Source: Camelus ferus (Eukaryota). Taken from it: DNA of 64,000 nt. Below, in pieces: positions 1-11,135 of this stretch. Position numbers and translations under genes: made by a program. Location of the stretch: NCBI RefSeq assembly GCF_009834535.1, contig NC_045696.1, positions 29,266,001 through 29,330,000 on the forward strand, given 5' to 3'. The notes beneath the pieces are model-generated. The model worked only from the letters and a program-made list of their open reading frames with translations, ran no database searches and was not told the DNA's origin. Each line of letters opens with the position of its first letter. Within the stretch, counting starts at the first letter, position 1.

Positions 1-2462
1 AGGGGCGCCATAGTCTTTGTCTCCTCAGACCTGTGCTGCCATTACTGGAGCTTCTCGCGAGAAGAGAGGCGGAGCACAGCCACAGCCGCCATCTCCTCCT
101 GTGCACAGCACCTGGGTAGGGGTGGGACCAAGACCTGAATCTGCACCAGGGGCTCCATGACCTCCTAGGCAGGACTGAGACTTGTTTACAGCCCGAGGCA
201 GATAGGATCTTTCTGCCCTGGTACCTCAGAGAACCTTGCCGCCAAGACAAACAAGGAGCTGAGATTTGGCATGGAGCAGGCCGGGGCCATTCCGCAGTCT
301 TCCCCGAGCCTGCCTTAGGAGCGCAGAACCGAGGCAGAGCGGGCAGCTGCACAGAGCAGCTGAGCGACCGGCGCCAGGAGAGGGTGGGCAGCCACCTGCC
401 TTCCTGGAGGAACGCAGCACCTGACCATGGTGCTGGGAGGGGGCACAATCCGCCCACCTGTCTCGCCCAAGCCCAGCATCTGACTGTGGCATCGGAACTG
501 GGAGTGACATGCCTGCCCACCAGGTAAGAGGTCAGCTTCTGGCCCAGTGTTGGGAGGGGGCACGATCTGCTAGCCAACAGCCACTGGGAGCAGCACAGAC
601 GAGGGTGCCAACAGAGGGCCTCTGGAAACAGCAAGCTGAGTTCGTGAAACAGGGCGAAGACACAAAGACCTCTCAATAAAATCATTAAGAGCACAGCATC
701 TCCAGGACAAGTAGATAACTGATACTCCTTAAGCCATAGTGCCGGAGAAATATGAGCAATATGAAGAAGCAGAGGACACTCCCAATTAAAAGATCAAGAG
801 AAATCCCCTGAAAGCACAATCAAGGAAATAGACATTGATGGCCTACTAGACCAAGATTTCAAAAAAGGAGTGATCAAAGTACTGAAGGGACTAAAAGAAA
901 TAGTGTTTAGTGATATAAAATGTCAAAAATGAAATAGAAGCTATAAAGAAGAACCAAGTAGAATTAGTAAACTCATTTGCTGAGATGAGAGCTGACCTAA
1001 AGGCTGTGCAAAGCAGACTAGATAATACAAAGGAACGAATAAGTAACCTAGAAGACAGGACAACAGAAAGCACCCAATCAGAACAGCTGAGAGAAAAACA
1101 AATAAAAAACAATGAAAAAAATATAAGGGACCTATGGGATAATATAAAGCATGCCAATCTACGCATAATAGGGGTTCCAGAAGGGGAAGAAAGAACAAAG
1201 GGGATTGAAAAGGTATTTGAAGAAATCATGACTAAAAACTTCCCAAACCTAAAGGAATCAGAAATCCAAGTACAGGAGGCTCAGAGGGTCCCAAACCGGA
1301 AGAACCCAAACAGACCCACACCAAGACATATCATAATCAAGATGGCCAGAGTCAAGGATAAAGAAATGATCCTAAAGGCAGCAAGAGAAAAACAAAGAGT
1401 GAGTTACAAGGGAACCCCCATAAGGCTGTCAGCTGATTTCTCTACACAAACACTACAGGCCAGAAGGGAGGGGCGAGATATATTCAAAGTCCTGAATGAA
1501 AAAAAGATGCAGCCTAGGATACTCTATCCAGCAAGGCTATCCTTTAGAATAGAAGGAGAGATAAAGAACTTCACAGACAAGCAAAAAATAAAAGAGTTTA
1601 GCAACACTAAACCCATGCTAAAAGAAATATTGACAGGTCTAAATAGAAAAGAAGCAGGATGCTACAAAAATGAGAAACTCATAACTGGAAAGGAGATAAC
1701 TGCCATGAATTACAAAAAGAATAAACACAAAATTGTAAAAGAAGATATCTAAATCATTAAGAGTGAGAGAGGGAAGCAAGGAAAGCCACTGTGGAAAACA
1801 GTATGGAGATTCCTCAAAAGACTAGGAATAGACTTACCATATGACACAGTCATCCAGCTCCTGGGCATATATCCAGAAGGAACCCTACTTCAAAATGACA
1901 CCTGCACCCCAATGTTCATAGCAGCACTATTTACAATAGCCAAGACATGGGAACAGCCTAAATGTCCATCAACAGATAACTGGATAAAGAAAATGTCGTA
2001 CATTTACAAAATGGAATATTATTCAGCCATAAAATGACAATGTAACACCATTTGCAGCAATATGGATGTTCCTGGAGAATGAAGTAAGCCAGAAAGAGAA
2101 AGAAAAATACCATATGAGATCGCTTATATGAGGAGTCTAAAAACAAAACAAAACATAAAACCCATAAATACAAAACAGAAACAGACTCATAGACATAGAA
2201 TACAAATTTGTGGTTGCCAAGGGGACAGGGGGTGGGAAGGGACAGACTTGGATTTTAAAATGCAGAATAGATAAACAAGATTATACTGTATAGCACAGGG
2301 AAATATATACAAGATCTTGTGGTAGCTCATAGTGAAAAAAAAATGAGACAATGAATATGTATATGTCCATGTATAACAGAAAAATTGTGCTCTACACTAG
2401 AATTTGACACAACATTGTAAACTGACTATCACTCAATAAAAAAAATGTAAAAAAGAAAAAAA
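1..2462 (+). mobile_element. Young LINE-1-derived element: 5'UTR + ORF1 + last ~85 codons of ORF2 + 3'UTR + A-tail (internally deleted, HAL1-like); 5' end lies outside window
   Basis: GC/CpG-rich 1-750; ORF1 752-~1645; junction ~1784 to ORF2 C-terminus (PLWKTVWRFLK...EYYSAIK*); 3'UTR with G-rich tract, AATAAA and A-rich tail ~2435-2462. Confidence 0.93.
752..1752 (+). pseudogene. ORF1: LINE-1 ORF1p (coiled-coil/RRM/CTD RNA chaperone); N-terminus frameshifted, 985-1752 open for 255 aa
   Basis: Motifs NLRIIGVPEGEE, PRHIIIK, ILKAAREK, PIRLSADFS, QARRE, LYPARLSF; ATG at 752/761 with apparent small deletions near 776 and 920; normal stop near 1640 apparently lost, giving read-through. Confidence 0.92.
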
Positions 2463-2774
2463 GGAATAAAAACCACAAATCAGGCAAAATGATGCAACAG
2501 AAGACTATATTACAAAAGAAGGAACAAGGTAAAACCCCAGAACTAATTGAAGTTGAGGTAAGCAACCCATGTGATAAAGAATTCAAGGTAATGTTTGTAA
2601 AGATGCTCAATAAACCCAGAAGAATGAATAATAAGCACAATGAGAGTTTAACAAAGAGTTAGAATAAATATAGAGAACTAAGCAAAGTTGAAGAACATAA
2701 TAATTGAAATTTTAAAAAAATACACTAGAAGGAATCAACATTAGATTAGATGATACATAAGAATAGATCAGCAA

Positions 2775-3048
2775 AAGTTGGGGAAGGATAAATTAGAACT
2801 TTGGAATTAGCATACACAAACAACTATATATAAAATAGATAAACAACAAGGTCCTACTGTATAGCACAGGGAACTATATTCAATATTTTATAATAACTTA
2901 TAATAAAAAAGAATATGAAAAAATGTATAACTGAACCATATGCTATACACCAGAAACTAACACAATATTGTAAATCAACTTTACCTTAATTTTAAAAATT
3001 TTAAAATTTTAAAATAAAATATTCATTAAAATTTAAAAAATTTTTAAA
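2775..3048 (+). mobile_element. 5'-truncated L1 3'UTR inserted in old L1 ORF1
   Basis: Same 3'UTR type as 28360-28640; TSD aagaatagatcagcaa (2759-2774) / aagaacatatcagcaa (3049-3064). Confidence 0.9.
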
Positions 3049-4006
3049 AAGAACATATCAGCAAGCTGGAAGACAGCAGTGGAAATCACTGACACTGAAT
3101 AGAAAAAAGAATAAAGAGTAAAAAGAAATGAGGACAGTTAAAGAGATCTTTGGGGCAACATCAAGTGTACTAGCATTCACACCATAAGGATCACAGAAGA
3201 AAAAGAGAGAGAGAAAGGGACAAAGAAATATTTGAAGACATGATAGCTGAAAACTCCATTATTCTAGGAAAGGAAACAGACATTCAGGTTTAGGAAGCAC
3301 AAAAAGTCCCAAACAGGATCAGCCCAAAGAGGACCACACTAAGATAGACTATAATTAAAATAACTAAAATTAAAGATAGGGACAGAATATTAAAAGCAGC
3401 AAAGAAAAAGAAACAAATAACATATAAGAGAAATCCCACAAGTCTTTCAGCTGACTTTTCAGAAGAAACTCTACAGGTCAGAAAGGAGTGGCATAATATA
3501 TTTAAAGTGATGAAAGGGGAAAACATATAACCAACAATACTCTACCTAGCAAGACTTTCATTCAGATTTGATGGAGAGATCAAAAGTTTTATAAGCAAAA
3601 GATAAAAGAGATTAGTATACTCAGTCAGCTTTATAAGAAGTATTATAGGAATTTCTCAAAGCAAAAAAGAAAATGCCATGACAAGAAGGAACATGAAAAT
3701 TCTAAAAAGAAAAATCTAATTGGTAAAGGCAAGTATATAGTAAAGGTAGTAAATCAACCATGTATAAAGCTAGTAGTAAGACTGAAAGAAAAAAGTAATA
3801 AAATGACCTATAACCACAATAAGTATTTAAGGGATACACAAAATTAAATGATGAAAAATATAATTAAAAAAGAAACAGTAAATATAAGGGGAGGGTAAAA
3901 ATGCAAAAATGCAGTGTTGTTAAAACATGTTTGAAATTAAAGGAGATAGAAATCCTATCAGACATCATTTCTGACCACAATATTAGGAGACTAGAAAACA
4001 CCTATT

Positions 4007-4286
4007 AAAACAAAAAGAGACTCATAGACATAGAATACAAACTTGTGGTTGCCAGGGGGGTGGGGGGGTGGGAAGGAACTGGAATTGCAAAATGTAGAAT
4101 AGATAAACAAGATTGTACTGTGTAGCACAGGGAAATATATACAGGATCTTGTGGTGGCTCACAGCGAAAGAATGTGACAATGAATGTATGTATGTTCATA
4201 TATAACTGAAAAATTGTGTGCTACACTGGAATTTGACACAACATTGTAAAATGACTATAACTAACTAAAAAAAATTGTTTAAAAAA
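4007..4286 (+). mobile_element. 5'-truncated young L1 3'UTR inserted in old L1 ORF2
   Basis: Highly similar to 2175-2455; host ORF2 resumes at ~4287; TSD not clear. Confidence 0.88.
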
Positions 4287-7200
4287 GAATACTACCAAAA
4301 ACACAGCACATGGAGCCCAAATGATATGCAACCAAACACCCAATGGATCACTGAATACATCAAAGAAGAAATAAAAAAATACCTGGAGACAAATGAAAAT
4401 GAAAACACAATGATCCAAAATCTATGGGAATGCAACAAAAGCAGTTCTAAAAGAAGGAAGTTTATAGCAGTACAAGCCTAGCTCAGGAAACAAATAACTC
4501 AGGGAAAAAAAAAAAAAAAAAAAAAAAAAACAAAGCCTAACCACCATTTAAAGGAAGTAGGAAAAGAAAAAAAAAAAAAAACCAACATAGGTAAAAGAAA
4601 TCATAAAGATCAGAGTAGAAATAATAAATTGAGACTAAAAAACAATAGGAAAGATTACTAAAACTAAGAGCTGGTTCATTGAAAAAACAAACAAAATTGA
4701 TAAACCTTTAGCCAGACTGATCAAGAAAAAAAAGAAGACCCAAACAATAAAACTGGAAATGAAAAAGAAGTTACAACTGACAACATGGAAATACAAAGAA
4801 CCATAAGAGATTTACTATGAACGATTATATGCCAAGAAAATGGAAAACGTAGAAGGAATGGACAAATTCTTAGTAGTGTACAATTACCAAGACTGAACCA
4901 CAAAGAAAGAAAATATAAACAGATGAATTACCAGCAACTAATTTGAATCAGTAATAAAAGCATCTCCCCCAAAAACGAAAGTCCAGGATGAGATGGCTTA
5001 ACAGGCAAATTCTACCAAACATTTAGAGAAGAGTTAACATATTTCCGTCTCAAACTCTTCCAAAACAATGCAGAGGAAAGAAGACATCCAAACTCATCCT
5101 ATGAAGCCAACATAACCCTGATATAAAAACCATAAAAAGATATCACACACACAAAAAAAGGGCAATGCCACTGATGAAATAAACGCAAAAAGCCTCAAGA
5201 AAATATTAGCAAACTGAATACAATAATACCTTAAAAAATCATAAAATATAATCGAGTGGGATTTATCCTGGGGATACAAATATAGTTCAATATCTGTAAA
5301 TCAATATGACACATTAACAGATTGGAGAATAAGAACCACTTGACCATCTCAACAGATGCAAAAAGCTTTTAACAAAAGTCAACATCCATTTACAACATCC
5401 ATAAAAACTGTCCACAAAGTGAATATAGAGGAAACATATTACAACATTATAAAGGACATATATGTTACATTCACAGCTAACATTATACTCAATGGTGAAA
5501 AACTAAAAGCATTTCCTTTAAAAACAGGAACAATACAAAGATACTCACTCTCACCACTTTTATTCAGCTTGGTATTGAAAGTCCTATTAATGGCAACAAG
5601 AGAATAAAAAGATATAAAAGGAATCATAATTGGAAAGAAAGTAGTAAAACTGTAACTACTGCAGATTATATGATACTATACATAGAACATCCTCAAGACA
5701 CCACTAAAAAACTACTAGAGCTCATCAATGAATTTGGTAAATTTGCAGGATACAAAATTAGTATACAGAAATCTGTTGCTTTTCTATACAGTTATAAAAA
5801 AAACTATCAGAAAAAGAAATTAAAAAGCTATTCCATTTACAATTACATCAAAAAGAATAAAATCTAATTAAAAAGGTAAAAGATATGTACCTGGAAAAAT
5901 ATAAGATACCAATGAAAGAAACTGAAGACATTGAAGATGATGTAATCAGAAAGGTGTACCATGTTCAGTGACTGAAAGAATTAATTTTGTTAAAATGACC
6001 ATATTACCCAAGGCAATGTACACATTTAATATAATTCTTATCAAAATGTCAATTGTATTATTCACATAACTTGAACAAATAGTTCTAAAATTTGTATGGG
6101 AAACACAAAAGACCTCAAATAGCCAAAACAATTTTGAGAAAGAAGAACAAACCTGGAGGAATCATCCTCCCTGACTTCAAACTATGCTACAAAGCTACAG
6201 TAATCAAAATAGTAAGGTACTGATACAAACACAGACACATCAATCAATGGAACAGAATAGAGAGCATGGAAATAAACCCACAATTATATGGGCAATTAAT
6301 CCATGACAAAGAAGGCAAGAATATACACTGAGAAATAGACAGACTCTTCAATAAATGGTGTTGGGAAAACTGGAGAACTACATGAAAGAAAGTCAAACTA
6401 TAATACTTTCTCACACCATGCACAAATGCAAATTCAAAATGGACTAAAGACTTTGACCTGACCATAAACATTCTAGAAGAAAACAGAAGTAGTACTCTCT
6501 CTCTCTGATATGGTCTTTATATAATTCTTTTAAATACATATCTCCTCAGACAAAGGAAACAAAAATAAAAATAAACAAATGGGTTACATAAAAAGAAAAA
6601 GCTTTTGTACAGCAAAGAAAACTATCAACAAAACAAAAAGGCTGCCTACTAAATGTAAAAAATGGGCAGAGGACTTAAATAGGCAATTTTTCAAAGATGA
6701 CATACAGATGTCCAACAGGCACATGAAAAGATGTTCAACATTATTAAATATCAGGGAAATGCAAATCATCTCACATCTGTCATAATATGACCTGTCATAA
6801 TGTCATAATAGCTATTATCAAAAAGATAACAAATAACAAGTCTTGGTGAGAATATAGAGAAAAGGGAACCCTCATGCACTGTTGGTGGAAATGTAAATTT
6901 GTGGAGCCACTATGGAAAATAGTATGGAGATTCCATAAAAAATGAAATAGTTTGAAATAAAACTATCATAACATCTACCAATTTCATTTCTGGGTATTTA
7001 TCTGAAGAAGCTGGAAACACTAATCAGAAAAGATACATACGCACCTATGTTCACTGCAACATTATTTACAATATCCAAGATATGGAAACAACTTAAGTGT
7101 CCATCAATAGCTGAATGGATAAAAAAGATGTGGTATATATGCATTAGACTATTACTCAGCCATAAAAAAGAATGAAATTTGCAATTTTTACCTAGATAGA

Positions 7201-9381
7201 TTGGCCTGGAGGGTATTATGTTAAGAGAATGAATCAGATAGAGAAAGACAAATACTGTATTATTTCACTTATATGTGGAATCTAAAAGACAAAACAAATG
7301 AACAAACATAAAGCACAAACAATCATTGATACAGAGAGCAAACCATTAGATTCCAGAGGAGTGGGAGGTGGAGGAGGAAAGAAATAGGTGAGGGAATTAA
7401 AATGTATAAACTTCTAGTTGCAAAATAAATGAGTTATGGCTATGAAATATAAGTGTGGGGAGTATAACCAACTAATAAGTAATATTTTTCTATGGTGACA
7501 GATTGCAACTAGACTTACCTTGGTGATCATTTTGAAATGTATAGAAAAAAATCATTATGCTGTGAAACAGGAACTAACATAGTACTGTAGGTCAATTATA
7601 CTTCAAAAATAAACATACAAAAATATAGACAAACTCCTAGAAAAAAAAAATCAGATATTTGGTTACCAGAGGCGGGGGGAGGGGAGGGGAAACTGGATGA
7701 AGGCAGATACAAGGTACTACAAACTTCAAGTTGTAAAATAAATGAGTACTAAGGATGTAATGTACAACATAATAAATATAATTAACATTACCTTATATTA
7801 TACATGAAAGTTGTTAAGAGAGTAGATCCTAAAAGTTCTCATCACAAAAAAAAATTTCTTCTATTTGTTTAATTTTGTATCTATATAAGATGTTGAATGT
7901 TCACTAAACATTTGTGATAATCATTTCATGGTGTATGTAACTCGAATCATTGTTCTGCACACCTTAAGCTTATACTGTGGCTATAGGTCAATTATATCTC
8001 AATAAAACTGGAAGAAAAATCACAGCTTTAATACTTTTACTCTGAAAATTAATACTCTGTTATAGCAAAAATTTCAAATAAAATTTAAATATTCCTTCTG
8101 CTCATTCCTAATATCCACTGATAAACTGAGACTGATAAAAGCTATTTAAAAATCATTTGTATAAAATAGAAGTATGAGCTTTTTATGATCTTACTAAGGC
8201 GATTAAATAATGCCAACCAGGAATAGATATCGAAATTTGTTACAAAATAATTACATTAGGTACAAATGCTTTAAATGGTGTGCTTTTGTTTGTGTGTGTT
8301 TCAGAAGTGAAATAAAAAGTTGTATATTTTGTTATTGCCATAAAATGATAGGCTATCAAGCTTTGCTCTTTGATCATTTTTATCCTAGTTGCATTTAAAC
8401 TTATACCAGATTTGTTAATACCTTATATAAGAGTAATATGATGAAATTTTATTTTTTTTAATAAAAAGGGAGAAGGTGGCTGCTCCCTCTTCCCTTCCTC
8501 TTTGGGTATTTCCTGGAAAATAATAATAGGACTGATGAGAAGCATGACCTTTTGATTTTATAACATAAGGTCATGAGCCTTCTAATCCTTGGAACAATGA
8601 ACACATGCCTCCCTAAAATTAACTCAGGAATCTCTCATCACAATACAGGAAACTATCACAAATTGCATCCATTTGTCTCCCAAGGAAAAGGGAAATTTCC
8701 TTTTTTTTAAAAAAAAATCTACTGAATAGATTTGCATGAAATTCTGTCCAGATTTTGTAGTTTCTTGAGAATATTTCCTGCATACATGTATTCTGATTGC
8801 ATCACTTGATAATAAATTGTTTTCTCCCTCTTGCATATTGGTATGTGAGGGGGGAGTCTTTTTGTTGGCAGAATTTTATATTTATTCAAAAATTAGTGGC
8901 AGGACTAATTTTTTATTTTGCATTTCTTTTTAAGAAATAGTATCCTTGTGATAAAACACTAAAAATTACCCTCATGCAAAAAAAAAAAAAATAGGCTTTA
9001 CAAGTTATTGCTTGAGTATAAGTAGGAATTTAAAGAATTTTTATTACTTAACTAACATTAGAGACTAAGGAACTACTAAGCAGTAGCCAAATGCAGGTAT
9101 AAGGAATATTTAGATTATATGGCCAAGGGCCAAAATATTTTATTGTTTAGGGATTTTTTTCATCTTTTATCAGTACTTATGGTATTGACCTATAGTTCAA
9201 CTTCTAGGATATTAGATGATTTCTGAGTGAGAAATGAGAGAAAAGATTACCTCAGCCGCACATTTTGATTAGTCATTTTTCAGCATAGATTGGAAAGAGG
9301 GGAGTACTACTGGCCAAATTTCTCTATTTGCTATGGGGATTTCCTGAAAAACAGAGTGAGACATAGGAACAGATATATGAT

Positions 9382-9383
9382 GA

Positions 9384-9415
<32 letters not shown>

Positions 9416-9418
9416 TAG
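9382..9418. repeat. (GATA)n(GACA)n compound microsatellite
   Basis: Directly visible. Confidence 0.95.
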
Positions 9419-10616
9419 GGAAAATAATGTACTTCAATTTTTAAAACTCCATTGTTTAGAGAACAGTCTCCGGGGTTGCCGATTCTGACTATACAGGAGC
9501 TGTGTGCCTTTCATTGCCTATTTTGCAACTCTGTCAGTTGTAAATAACTGATAGTAATACAAAATAAGTCTTCTCTACAGACAGGCAAACAAATTCTGTT
9601 AGGCAAAGGTTCAACTGATTTCCCTCCCTCATAGTGGAAAAAGCCAGTTTTGTGTCATTTGCTCATTCATTTCAATATTCCTGATTTATGAATGCGTGTG
9701 TTCTTTGAGTTTTTCTTTGAACCAACTCTAACTTCTGCCTGACTCATTCATTAGTAAGTAGTTAAACAAATTTAACATGTTTATTTTATATCTGTGTGAG
9801 TGATTTACCTTTTTAAAAACAATTGTCAATGACAAAGAGAGACAGACAGACAGAAAGAAAGAGAGAAAGAAAAGAAATTCATTTACCAAAATAATTCTTC
9901 ATTAACCTTCTTGAAAACTGATAACTGAAAAGAAGTCAATTTAAAAAAAGTTTGAGACCTTATTTTTGTTCTTTTTCATTGGCATTTCTCTTCTATTATA
10001 TTTTTTCAAATACTAGAAGATACCCACATTTTGGTACTAAACACAAGAGATTGACAAAGAGAAAGAGAAGAAATAAAGACATAGAGTAGAATGGTACATT
10101 ATCCTATCTCCTTTCTTTTTATCTGTTTGTATAACCCTGTAATCTTGTTTTCATAATACCATGTCTCCTGCGTCTTTTTATGATTCTTATATGACAACAA
10201 TTTTTACCAAAATTATTGGACTAAAATTATGGAAAGAAAGAAAAAGATCAGCTAAATGTTTGTTTACTTTTGTGATAGACATTTCATTTTTTGATTTGTG
10301 TCAGTACATAACTTTAGCTTTTTTGTATTGATTAAAATTATTTTAATTGATAACTTGCAGAAAAGAAAAATTAAAATGGAGTCATTTTTGTAGTATTTTC
10401 TTAATTTGCATGCCTATTTAAATATTTTTAATCTTTCAAGATGGCCATCAGGGGACAATATATTAATCTATGTAAATGACCTTCCCTCCCACTGCCATTG
10501 AATTCTAGATCTATTTATATAAACTACCACAGGAACAGTGCTCTGTGGAGCTTGGTGATGCAATGTAGCTCTGCTCTCACTCAGTCATTTTAGAAATTCT
10601 AACTCTATATGTCAAT

Positions 10617-10958
10617 AGCTCAGACCAAATGGTTATTTCTACCCAAAATTCAAATGTTGAAATCCTAACCCCCAATGTAATGGTATTAGGAGATAAGGCC
10701 TTGGGGAAGTCATTAGGCCATGTGGGTGGATTGGTGCCCTGACAAAGAAACCTCAGAGAACTCCCTCACCCCATGTGAGGACACAGGGAGAAGACTGCTG
10801 CCTATGAAACAGGACGTGAGCTCTTTCCAGACACCAAATCTGCCAGCAATCTGATCTTAAACTTCCCAGTGCCCAATGCTGTAAGAAATGTATTTCTGTT
10901 GTTTATAAGCCATTTGGTTTATGATACACTGTCACAGCAGTACAAATGAACTAAGACA
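10617..10958 (+). mobile_element. ERVL-MaLR solo LTR (MLT1A-like)
   Basis: aaaattcaaatgttgaaatcctaacccccaatg...catgtgaggacacagggagaag...aactaagaca terminus. Confidence 0.85.
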
Positions 10959-11064
10959 GGAAATAATTTCAAAATGTTTAAAAGGCATTCCTAAATCATC
11001 AGCCTAGATGCTAGAATTAACTTCTTCAATAAAAATATTTTAAAAATACAAAATTTCTTTGTGT

Positions 11065-11135
11065 AATACATTGTAGTAGACACTGACGACAACAAAAGAC
11101 AGACATGTTCCTGCCCTCAAAGATTTCTAAACTTC
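11065..11135 (-). mobile_element. L2 3'-end fragment
   Basis: aaaagacagacatgttcctgccctcaa motif. Confidence 0.5.

Larger units (their letters stand above)
2463..8018 (+). mobile_element. Older, decayed near-full-length LINE-1 (ORF1, partial ORF2, bipartite L1MA9-like 3'UTR) interrupted by two younger L1 3' ends
   Basis: ORF1 start remnant ~2488; SDH motif ~3970; RT fragments ([28 protein letters not shown]); ends ctcaataaaactggaagaaaaa. Confidence 0.92.

Noticed and set aside
226..563. Antisense ORFs in GC-rich L1 5'UTR (ORF0-like?)
   Set aside because: GC-rich DNA lacks stops by chance; non-ATG starts; ORF0 is described for primate L1 only and no similarity is evident.
1640..1752. Apparent novel C-terminal extension of ORF1p
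   Set aside because: Best explained by loss of the normal stop in a decayed copy, reading into the inter-ORF spacer.
7320..8018. Two successive 3'-end-like blocks suggesting a nested insertion
   Set aside because: The same bipartite 3'UTR occurs in the independent copy at 14712-15330, so it is a subfamily feature.
8543..8575. 9-bp inverted repeat catgacctt/aaggtcatg with nuclear-receptor half-sites
   Set aside because: Non-canonical spacing; plausible by chance in 64 kb.
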